NCBI GenBank assembly: GCA_038833255.1
Contig: JAWBIX010000013.1
Coordinates: 1-10,054, forward strand
Direction of reading: 5' to 3'
Source of the DNA: Nanopusillaceae archaeon
GTDB lineage: Archaea > Nanobdellota > Nanobdellia > Nanobdellales > Nanobdellaceae
DNA length: 10,054 nucleotides
Shown: positions 1 through 6,795 of the stretch, in pieces
How the letters are laid out: each line of letters begins with the position of its first letter
Numbering within the stretch: the first letter of the stretch is position 1
Notes under the pieces: model-generated
The model's database searches: none
The model's input: the letters and a program-made list of their open reading frames with translations, nothing else
What the model was told of the DNA's origin: nothing
Made by a program: the position numbers and the translations under genes

Positions 1-83
1 ATTTTGATAATATAGAATAATAGAAGATAATAAAAATAAAAACAATAATATAGAAAGGAGAGTCTCTAAGTTTATTACAAAAC

Positions 84-599
84 TCATTCTGAAACAATTT
101 CTAAAATTTTGCCTATTTTTCTTATAATAATTCTACAATTTCCAAAACAAAGAAAGTCGCAATAGTCGCTTTGAATAATATAGCTGTATTTATCTTCATA
201 ACATCCCTCAAAAGATCTTGGAGTTTTTTTAAAAACTTTATAATATACGTTTGTATTGTTAGAATAGAAGTAATAAGAATTATCATATTTTATTAAATCT
301 CCAATATAATCAATGTTTATAAAAATTGGAAAACATTTGGAAGTCTTATAAAAAATTGAATAATTATATTTACAAATTCCATTTAATTCTAAATTTAAAG
401 ATTTAGAAAAATTATAAAAATTTAAAGCATTTTCTAAATAAAAATCTAAGATTCTCATACTAATATCTTCTTTTTTTTCTGTAAAAATAATAGAAAGAGA
501 TATTTTGCTAGTTTCATAATAATTGTAAATAAAATATATTATTGATAGTGAAATTAAGAATAATAATAAATATTCTAAATATAAACTAACACTTTTCAT
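84..599 (-). CDS. Hypothetical small membrane-anchored protein with a Cys-containing ectodomain; no family recognised
   Basis: 171-aa ORF with ATG start and TGA stop. It lies 33 nt downstream of the RNase J-like gene on the same strand. The N-terminus is MK plus a ~22-residue hydrophobic helix (SVSLYLEYLLLFLISLSIIYFIY). A Y/N/K-rich region follows with 6 Cys (GIC, SKC, EGC, DYC, FLC, GNC), four of them in the last ~35 residues. I cannot assign any known family motif. Confidence 0.5.
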   Translation of the reverse strand: MKSVSLYLEYLLLFLISLSIIYFIYNYYETSKISLSIIFTEKKEDISMRILDFYLENALNFYNFSKSLNLELNGICKYNYSIFYKTSKCFPIFINIDYIGDLIKYDNSYYFYSNNTNVYYKVFKKTPRSFEGCYEDKYSYIIQSDYCDFLCFGNCRIIIRKIGKILEIVSE

Positions 600-632
600 A
601 TCTTACTTTTATATCTTTATTTTTGAAAAATT

Positions 633-1961
633 TTAAACTTCTATTGTTTTACTTTGACCATCCTCTAACATAAATAAATCTTGTCCCATCGTATATCCGA
701 AATCTTCAGCAATATTATAATATGCTGCTTTCTTTAAAATATTTCCATGGTTTGGTATTATATATTCAGGATTTAAAAGTTTCAATAAAATTCTATGATC
801 TTCACTTTTAGCATGTCCAGATACATGGACATCTTTAATTATATGAACCTTTTTTCTTTTTAACCTTTCTTCTAAAATTTTTCTATTTGCTTCATTTATT
901 GGAGTTGGAATTACATTATTTGAAAATATTACAGTAGTATTTTCAAAATTAAATGGTAACTGATCTTTGGCTAACCTATCTAATACAGATCCCGGTTCTC
1001 CCTGATGACCCGTAACAATTAGAAGATATTCTTGTTTTTTATTTGATATATCCTTTAAAACTTTAGGATAATCTTTAGAATTTCCATAAATTTCACAAAC
1101 TTCTGAAAAGTTATATAGCCCAATATTTTCTGCGGCTTTCGTATATTTATATAAACTTCTTCCAATTAAAACCGGTTTTCTTCCTAATTCATATGCAATC
1201 TCTATTATGCTTTTTAATCTAGCGATGTGAGATGCGAAAGTCGTAACAATAATTCCCTCAGTTTCTAATGAAAATAAAACATCATAAAGCATATATTTTG
1301 CAACAATTTCTGAAGGAGTTTTAGATTCTTCATCAGCTCTTATACTTTCTACTACTAATAGTATTACATTTTCTTTTCCAATACTTTTTAATTTTTCATA
1401 ATTTGGTCTTTTTCCTATAATGGGGAAATTATCAAATTTAAAATCCCCAGAAAAAATAATGTGTCCTTTTTTAGTTTCTATGTCAATCATTAAAGATTGT
1501 GGGATTGAATGTGTAGAAGAAATAAAATTTATTTTTATTTTTTCAGATAAATCTATTGATGAATTTGGAGAAATTTTTTTTACATTTTTTGGTAAATCTA
1601 TTTCATAATCTTCAAATAAAGATTTAACTATTTCATAAGTATAAGGAGTTAAATATACAGGGACATTATATTTTTTAATTAAAAATGGAATCGCACCACA
1701 GTGATCTAAATGAGCGTGTGTAATTATTATAGCTTTTATTTTATCTCTATATTTTTCTAAAATTCTATCATCTGGAATGGCTTCAATTTCATATAATTTT
1801 TCTAAAGATAAGTTTTCTATATTTTCCCTCTCTCCGAATTGGGCAAGTTTATCTACATCAATTCCCATATCTATTAATATAAGTTCATCATCTATTCTTA
1901 CTCCACTCATATTCGGTATTACATTGGAGTAACCTCCAATTGCCAAAAGTTCAATATCCAT
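633..1961 (-). CDS. rnj: Metallo-beta-lactamase / beta-CASP ribonuclease, archaeal RNase J-like
   Basis: The ORF track (633..1979) starts on a TTG. The first ATG (1961..1959) gives MDIELLAIGGYSNV..., which is where this family normally begins (M..i..lGG). Supporting motifs are HxHxDH (ITHAHLDHCG), the C-terminal beta-CASP/RNase J-type motifs HVSGHA and IIPNHG, and LIDMGI early in the protein. At ~442 aa with no KH domains it fits RNase J (or aCPSF2) rather than aCPSF1. Confidence 0.75.
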   Translation of the reverse strand: MDIELLAIGGYSNVIPNMSGVRIDDELILIDMGIDVDKLAQFGERENIENLSLEKLYEIEAIPDDRILEKYRDKIKAIIITHAHLDHCGAIPFLIKKYNVPVYLTPYTYEIVKSLFEDYEIDLPKNVKKISPNSSIDLSEKIKINFISSTHSIPQSLMIDIETKKGHIIFSGDFKFDNFPIIGKRPNYEKLKSIGKENVILLVVESIRADEESKTPSEIVAKYMLYDVLFSLETEGIIVTTFASHIARLKSIIEIAYELGRKPVLIGRSLYKYTKAAENIGLYNFSEVCEIYGNSKDYPKVLKDISNKKQEYLLIVTGHQGEPGSVLDRLAKDQLPFNFENTTVIFSNNVIPTPINEANRKILEERLKRKKVHIIKDVHVSGHAKSEDHRILLKLLNPEYIIPNHGNILKKAAYYNIAEDFGYTMGQDLFMLEDGQSKTIEV

Positions 1962-1999
1962 GTAAAAATTTTTTAACAATAATTTATATTTCTTAACTA
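1962..1999. promoter_or_regulatory. Compact divergent promoter region (RNase J-like gene leftward, GlyRS gene rightward)
   Basis: The 38-bp spacer is GTAAAAATTTTTTAACAATAATTTATATTTCTTAACTA. TTTATAT (1983-1989, read as ATATAAA on the minus strand) lies ~22-28 bp upstream of the minus-strand ATG at 1961. The AAAATTTTTTAA tract (~1965-1976) lies ~24-35 bp upstream of the plus-strand ATG at 2000. There is no purine-rich SD before either ATG. This is inferred from spacing only. Confidence 0.3.
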
Positions 2000-3664
2000 A
2001 TGAATATATCTGATTTTATAAAATTTTGTGAAGAAAAAGGATTTTTTTATTTATCTGAAAAAATATATGGTGGAAAATCCGGATTTTACGATTATGGTAG
2101 TTTAGGAAAAATTATTGAATTAAAATTTGAAAATTTGTGGAGAAAATATTTTCTAAAATTATTTGATAATTTTTGGGAAATAGAATCCTCAGATATAATG
2201 AAGGAAATTGTTTTTGAGGCTTCAGGACATTTAAAATTGTTTAATGATCCAATTGTCGAATGTAAAAAAGGACATAGATATAGGGCAGATAAGTTGATCG
2301 AAGAAAAAATGGGAATAAAAGCGGAAAGTTTAAAAATAGAAGAAATGGATAAAATATTTGAAGAAGGAAAGGTGTTGTGTCCAGAATGTAGTTCTAGATT
2401 ATCTAAAGTTAGATTATTTAATTTAATGATACCTTCTATTGTCGGTCCAGAACAAGATATCTTTCTTGTTTTAGAAGAATTTTTTAAAACAAATTCAATT
2501 GACAAAGAAAAGCTATTTCAGAGTTATAAAAAATTTTTAGAAAATAGATATTTTTTAAGACCTGAAACGGCACAGGGAGCGTATGTTAATTTTCCTGTTG
2601 AAATAATTATAAATAGATATAGATTACCGATGGGTTTAGCAATAATAGGAAAAGCATATAGAAATGAAATTTCGCCAAGAAATGCTCTTTTAAGAATGAG
2701 AGAATTTAGACAAGCAGAATTACAAATTTTCTTTAGTTATAATGATTTTGATCATCTGTATGAAAAGGTGAAGGAAAATTATTTAAATATATTATTATTT
2801 GAGGATAGAGAAAAAAATATAGATTTTAAGAAAATTAAAATAAAAGATTTAGAAAATAAGTTACCAAAAGCATATCTTTATTTTATGTATAAAATTCAAA
2901 GATTTTATTTAGATGTTATTAAAATTCCAGAAGATAAATTTAGATTTTTTGAGTTATCTGAAAATGAAAAATCTTTCTATAATATGTATCATTTTGATAT
3001 TGAACTTTTCCTTGAAGATATTGGATGGGTAGAAGTTGGTGGAATACATTTTAGAGTTATAAAAGTAAGAAAAGAAGATATAGAAAATATTGAAGATAGA
3101 AGATTAAAAGAAGTATTATTTGAATTATTTAAAAATAAAGAAGAAATAATGGTTGGTTATGATTTATGGAATCATATGTTAAAGTCAAAAAATACAGGTT
3201 TTATTGTTTTAAAAGATAATGAAAAAATTGTTCCATTAGAATTAGAGCTATCTTTTGGTATTGATAGAAATATTTTTTCAATTATTCGAATATTTTATGA
3301 TGAAAAAGAAAACGTGTTGAGATTGCCAATTTATTTATCTCCTATAGAAGTTGCAATATTTCCTCTGTTAGAAAGTAATGAAAGACATGTAAATAAAGCA
3401 AGAGAAGTTTATAACTTGTTAAAATATTCTTTTAATGCTTATTATGATGATTCTGGAAGTATAGGAAAAAGATATAAAAGACAAGATTCTATAGGTACAC
3501 CGTTTTGTATAACAATTGATGAGCAGACATTCTTAGATAATTCTGTTACAATAAGATTTAGAGATACAAAAGAGCAAATAAGAATAAAAATAGATGAAAT
3601 TAAAGATTTTTTAAAAGAAAAATTAAGTTTAGATTTTTTAGAAGAAGTTATTAAAGACATGTAG
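2000..3664 (+). CDS. glyS: Glycine--tRNA ligase (archaeal/eukaryal-type class II GlyRS)
   Basis: 554-aa ORF with ATG start and TAG stop. It carries LRPETAQGAYVNF, the motif 2 region YRNEISPRNALLRMREFRQAE and the motif 3 region LSFGIDR. The Cys-containing insertion (ECKKGHRYRAD ... CPECSS ... FNLM) is characteristic of the archaeal/eukaryal enzyme. The C-terminal anticodon-binding domain is present (IEVAIFPL ... SIGKRYKRQDSIGTPFCITID). Confidence 0.9.
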   Translation: MNISDFIKFCEEKGFFYLSEKIYGGKSGFYDYGSLGKIIELKFENLWRKYFLKLFDNFWEIESSDIMKEIVFEASGHLKLFNDPIVECKKGHRYRADKLIEEKMGIKAESLKIEEMDKIFEEGKVLCPECSSRLSKVRLFNLMIPSIVGPEQDIFLVLEEFFKTNSIDKEKLFQSYKKFLENRYFLRPETAQGAYVNFPVEIIINRYRLPMGLAIIGKAYRNEISPRNALLRMREFRQAELQIFFSYNDFDHLYEKVKENYLNILLFEDREKNIDFKKIKIKDLENKLPKAYLYFMYKIQRFYLDVIKIPEDKFRFFELSENEKSFYNMYHFDIELFLEDIGWVEVGGIHFRVIKVRKEDIENIEDRRLKEVLFELFKNKEEIMVGYDLWNHMLKSKNTGFIVLKDNEKIVPLELELSFGIDRNIFSIIRIFYDEKENVLRLPIYLSPIEVAIFPLLESNERHVNKAREVYNLLKYSFNAYYDDSGSIGKRYKRQDSIGTPFCITIDEQTFLDNSVTIRFRDTKEQIRIKIDEIKDFLKEKLSLDFLEEVIKDM

Positions 3665-3673
3665 TAACTATTC

Positions 3674-3685
3674 TTTTTTTAATAT
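3674..3685 (+). promoter_or_regulatory. TATA-like element upstream of the phosphorylase-like gene; its T7 run may also terminate glyS
   Basis: TTTTTTTAATAT is centred ~27 bp upstream of the ATG at 3707, with no SD-like purine tract in between. The T7 run begins 10 nt after the glyS stop codon, which fits an archaeal oligo-T terminator. This is inference from position only. Confidence 0.35.
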
Positions 3686-3706
3686 CTCAAGAAAATATAT
3701 TTTAAA

Positions 3707-5314
3707 ATGAATAAAAAAATAGCGTTCGTATGTATGGAATTTTCTATTGAAAAACTTCCAACATATGCTGGAGGGCTAGGAATACTTGCAGGAGATCTAC
3801 TTTATACAGCAAATGATTTGGGTATACCATTTTATGGTGTTACTTTTATAAGTAGAAAAGGATACGTTAAGTATAAAATAAAAGATAGAGATCTGATCAT
3901 AGAGACTGAGGATTATGATCCTATAGAATATTTTTCAAAAATCGATGAAACCTATTCAATAAAATTAAAAAATTTAGAAATAAAATTTGACGTCTGGAAA
4001 TATTCTTTGCCAAATGCTAAACTTTATTTAATAGATACAAACAGACCAGATAATCCAGATTGGATAAGAGAATTAACAGATAGGCTATACTTTGAAAAAA
4101 ATGAGGAAGAAAAATTGCTTAAAGATATTTTATTAGGATTGGGAACATTGGAAATATTTGATAAGCAAGGAATAGAAATTGATAAATATCATTTGAATGA
4201 ATCTCATGGTGGATTTTTAGCAATAGAATTATTTAAAAGGTATAATAGTATTGAAGATGTTCGAAAAAAAGTTGTTTTTACGACCCACTCTATTGTTGCT
4301 GGACATGATGAATTTTCTTATGATTTAGTAGAAAAATATTATAATATTCCAGATGAAATAAGAAAAATTTCTCCAAATAAATTATCTTTAACAAAAGTTT
4401 TATTTGAATTATCTGGAAAAAATAATGCGGTATCATGGAAACATAGAGAAGTTACTAAAAAATTATTTGATGTAGATTTAGATTATATTACAAATGGTGT
4501 TTATCATTTTAGGTGGATAAACAGAAAAATGGCAAATTTATACGATATATATTTACCAGGATGGAAAAAAGAACCGGCAAAATTAGCTTATGCGGATTAT
4601 ATTCCTGATTCAGAGTTTTATAGAGTTAGAAGTATACTTAAAGAAGAATTGATAAACTTCATAAACACAGAATCTTATCAAAATAAATCTTTTTCTCATG
4701 ATAGAATATTAATTTCTGTTAGAAGAAGATTAGTAGAATATAAGAGATTTCACATGCCTTTGTGGAGATTAGAATTATTTGAAGAATTGAATAAAAAATA
4801 TAAAATACAATTTTTAATATCTGGAGCATTTCATCCTGCAGATACCTACGTTCAAAATACAATAAAATGGATTATTGATATTATGTCTACTTTAAATACA
4901 CCCATAGCTTTAATACTTAAAAGAGGAATAGAATTAGAAAAGTATATTATTTCTGGAACAGACATATTTTTGCATATTCCTAGACCACCATTAGAAGCAT
5001 CTGGAACTTCATGGATGAGAGCAGCAATTAATGGAGTTCCAGTTTTAGCTTCTAGAGATGGTAGTGTAATAGAAGGAATTATTGATGGATACAATGGTTG
5101 GTTATTTGGAAAAAATAGAATTTATTTAGATGAACCATATAATGAAGATGAAGATGTTTTAGATTTTTATAGAAAACTGGAAGAAGCTTTTAATTTGTAC
5201 AGATATGAACATAGAGAGTATTTAAGAATATGTAAAAATGCTATAAAAACTATTGGACCAATATTTAATACTTATAGAGTTTTAAGAGAATATATTAGAA
5301 GAATATACGAATGA
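3707..5314 (+). CDS. GT35 alpha-glucan (glycogen/maltodextrin) phosphorylase-family protein, short archaeal type, with atypical active-site residues
   Basis: 535-aa ORF with ATG start and TGA stop. Family motifs are CMEFSIEKLPTYAGGLGILAGD (cf. sMEf..e.lpiYsGGLGvLAGD), HLNESHGGF (cf. hlNEGHaaf), FTTHSIVAGHDEF (cf. FTTHTPvpAGhd.F), ITNGVYHFRW, RRRLVEYKR and PPLEASGTSWMRAAINGV (cf. PlEASGTsgMKaamNG). The lysine of the EASGT..MK motif is Arg here (see findings). Confidence 0.75.
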   Translation: MNKKIAFVCMEFSIEKLPTYAGGLGILAGDLLYTANDLGIPFYGVTFISRKGYVKYKIKDRDLIIETEDYDPIEYFSKIDETYSIKLKNLEIKFDVWKYSLPNAKLYLIDTNRPDNPDWIRELTDRLYFEKNEEEKLLKDILLGLGTLEIFDKQGIEIDKYHLNESHGGFLAIELFKRYNSIEDVRKKVVFTTHSIVAGHDEFSYDLVEKYYNIPDEIRKISPNKLSLTKVLFELSGKNNAVSWKHREVTKKLFDVDLDYITNGVYHFRWINRKMANLYDIYLPGWKKEPAKLAYADYIPDSEFYRVRSILKEELINFINTESYQNKSFSHDRILISVRRRLVEYKRFHMPLWRLELFEELNKKYKIQFLISGAFHPADTYVQNTIKWIIDIMSTLNTPIALILKRGIELEKYIISGTDIFLHIPRPPLEASGTSWMRAAINGVPVLASRDGSVIEGIIDGYNGWLFGKNRIYLDEPYNEDEDVLDFYRKLEEAFNLYRYEHREYLRICKNAIKTIGPIFNTYRVLREYIRRIYE

Positions 5315-5359
5315 AGAAGGACGAAAACTCTGAAAAGTGATGATGGACCAAAACGCAGA
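5311..5359 (+). ncRNA. C/D box sRNA, unit 1 (2'-O-methylation guide)
   Basis: The layout is C = ATGAAGA (5311-5317), 12-nt guide AGGACGAAAACT, D' = CTGA (5330-5333), linker AAA, C' = GTGATGA (5337-5343), 12-nt guide TGGACCAAAACG, D = CAGA (5356-5359). The canonical archaeal spacing is met exactly (12-nt guides, 3-nt D'-C' linker). The region is locally G+C-rich in an AT-rich background. The C box overlaps the TGA stop codon (5312-5314) of the upstream gene. Confidence 0.65.
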
Positions 5360-5407
5360 TGATGAATTTGCCGAGTTCAGATCGATGAAGAATTCTACCC
5401 ATGCTGA
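5359..5407 (+). ncRNA. C/D box sRNA, unit 2 (2'-O-methylation guide)
   Basis: The layout is C = ATGATGA (5359-5365, perfect RUGAUGA), 12-nt guide ATTTGCCGAGTT, D' = CAGA (5378-5381), linker TCG, C' = ATGAAGA (5385-5391), 12-nt guide ATTCTACCCATG, D = CTGA (5404-5407). The guide upstream of D' is complementary to a conserved LSU rRNA stretch that I recognise from memory (see findings). No TCATCA is present in this region, so the minus strand cannot encode the boxes. Confidence 0.7.
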
Positions 5408-5409
5408 AA

Positions 5410-6795
5410 CTAAATTTTTTCTTCTGTGTTAGATAGAATTACAAGTGGTTCTGGATTTACATATTTTCTAAACCATCCAACAAAAATTATAGAAGGAACA
5501 TAATCTCTTAATGTACAAGATCCATCAAATGGCCATGTCCTTAGGCTGTCTGAAAAATATGTGCACATTGTGTTAGAAATGTTTACAAGTTTTCTATACA
5601 TTCCTCCTCCAGAAACCCATGAATTTGTATCCCTAGATAAATCCAATAAAAGATTTAAAGAGTGATTTGTCCAAATTATTGGTGGATTTAAACTTAAATT
5701 AACAATTGTTCCGGCTGTTGGTCTCCCCAAATTAACAGGTCCAAAAACTAAAATCCATCCAGTAGTTGTAAAAGTGTTTGTAAGTTGAGTTCTAGTAGTT
5801 AATTGATATCTTACTCTGTAATTATCTAAATCTCTTCCTGGTTGTTGAACTACGTAAATTCTTAACATAGTTATGTTTACAGGAACTAGATCACCAAAAT
5901 CAGAAGGTCTAATTAATATTTCATTTCTTGCATCATGGTAGTATGTGTTGAAAGTATCTTCTGGATTAGATGATCCAAAGCCCCATGTTGTATTAGGAAC
6001 GTTTGGAAATATTTCTCTTTCAGTCCAAATAAATACTCTAGAAATATCACTTAAACTTGTAGCATCAGGATTTCCATAATATAAGTAAATTGTTTTATTT
6101 GAAAATGCAGTTAAATTAACTCTCACCCAAATTCTTGTATTATTGGTATTGCATCCACTTTCTATCCAATAGTTTAATAAAGTTACTCCATCAGAATCCG
6201 TGAATCTTATATCACCACAATCTGATCTCATTTTTCCTTGAGAAATCAAAGTTCGCGTATCCAATATAATTAAAACTTGATAATCTATCAAATTTTGAAC
6301 AGATCTTTCTAAAATATATATTGGAGTTCTAAAATTCCATGGTTCTAACCATGGTCTTTCTAATACTTCAGAAAAAAATATTGCTTTTTCAAATTTTTTT
6401 CCATTACAACTTATAATCTCAATTTTATTCCAACCATTTTTAATATTATCTAGTCTTATTCTTGCAATTTCAGATGGATTTAATAAATCGTCTTTTAGAA
6501 TTTCTTCTATTTCGTATGAAAAATTTATTAAATTACCATTTACATAAACTTTAAAACAACTTAAATCTAAAGAAAGTTTTCCAATATTTTTTATTTTTAT
6601 TTCTGGTAAACTTATTTTATCATCTAAAATTTCAATTATTTCAAATGTAGATTTTTCATATTTTTGTATGTTTTTTAAAATGATATTTGCCAGATTGTTT
6701 ATATTGTAATTTAAATAAAATAAAAAAATAGAAATTGCTATTAAAAAGAATAAAAAACTAAAAGCAGTTCCAATAATAATTGAATTTGTTTTCAT
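5410..6795 (-). CDS. Membrane-anchored/pilin-like surface protein: N-terminal ArlF/ArlG(FlaF/FlaG)-like beta domain fused to a DUF2341 domain and a further beta-rich C-terminal domain
   Basis: 461-aa ORF. Its ATG overlaps the TGA of the upstream gene (ATGA at 6795..6792), and it ends in TAG. The N-terminus is MKTN plus the hydrophobic helix SIIIGTAFSFLFFLIAISIFLFYL. Residues ~50-140 are paralogous to the upstream 152-aa protein. Residues ~148-250 match the DUF2341 signature very well: PWNFRTPIYI...LIDYQVLIILD...GDIRFTDSDGVTLLNYWIE...TRIWVRVNL...KTIYLYYGNPDATS. The C-terminus ends WFRKYVNPEP. Confidence 0.7.
   Translation of the reverse strand: MKTNSIIIGTAFSFLFFLIAISIFLFYLNYNINNLANIILKNIQKYEKSTFEIIEILDDKISLPEIKIKNIGKLSLDLSCFKVYVNGNLINFSYEIEEILKDDLLNPSEIARIRLDNIKNGWNKIEIISCNGKKFEKAIFFSEVLERPWLEPWNFRTPIYILERSVQNLIDYQVLIILDTRTLISQGKMRSDCGDIRFTDSDGVTLLNYWIESGCNTNNTRIWVRVNLTAFSNKTIYLYYGNPDATSLSDISRVFIWTEREIFPNVPNTTWGFGSSNPEDTFNTYYHDARNEILIRPSDFGDLVPVNITMLRIYVVQQPGRDLDNYRVRYQLTTRTQLTNTFTTTGWILVFGPVNLGRPTAGTIVNLSLNPPIIWTNHSLNLLLDLSRDTNSWVSGGGMYRKLVNISNTMCTYFSDSLRTWPFDGSCTLRDYVPSIIFVGWFRKYVNPEPLVILSNTEEKI
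5415..5425 (+). terminator. Oligo-T tract downstream of the sRNA pair (candidate archaeal terminator)
   Basis: TTTTTTCTTCT begins 8 nt after the last D box. It lies inside the 3' end of the convergent minus-strand CDS. This is positional inference only. Confidence 0.3.

Noticed and set aside
7-55. 11-nt direct repeat ATAATATAGAA at 7-17 and 45-55
   Set aside because: It is short and low-complexity in a stretch that is ~85% A+T. Chance recurrence is plausible, and there is no associated structure or ORF boundary.
54-62. AAAGGAGAG, a Shine-Dalgarno-like purine tract
   Set aside because: No plus-strand start codon or ORF follows it. On the minus strand it lies downstream of the 171-aa gene. 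The other genes in the window show no SD usage.
1420-1608. 62-aa plus-strand ORF from the track
   Set aside because: It lies entirely antisense within the well-supported RNase J-like CDS. Its composition is low-complexity F/I/K/S, it has no motif, and no promoter geometry supports it. It is a typical shadow ORF in AT-rich DNA.
1962-1979. TTG start extending the RNase J-like ORF by six codons (MLKNFY)
   Set aside because: The ATG at 1961 gives the family-typical N-terminus and leaves room for the divergent promoters. The TTG extension would shrink the spacer to 20 bp.
2092-2505. 137-aa minus-strand ORF from the track
   Set aside because: It is antisense inside the GlyRS gene, whose frame carries unambiguous class II synthetase motifs. 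The shadow frame is S/I/N/F-rich and has no recognisable domain.
3442-3660. 72-aa minus-strand ORF from the track
   Set aside because: It is antisense to the anticodon-binding domain of GlyRS, with low-complexity S/K/I composition. It is a shadow ORF.
4852-5094. 80-aa minus-strand ORF from the track
   Set aside because: It is antisense to the most conserved part of the phosphorylase-like gene (the EASGTS region). It has no independent support.
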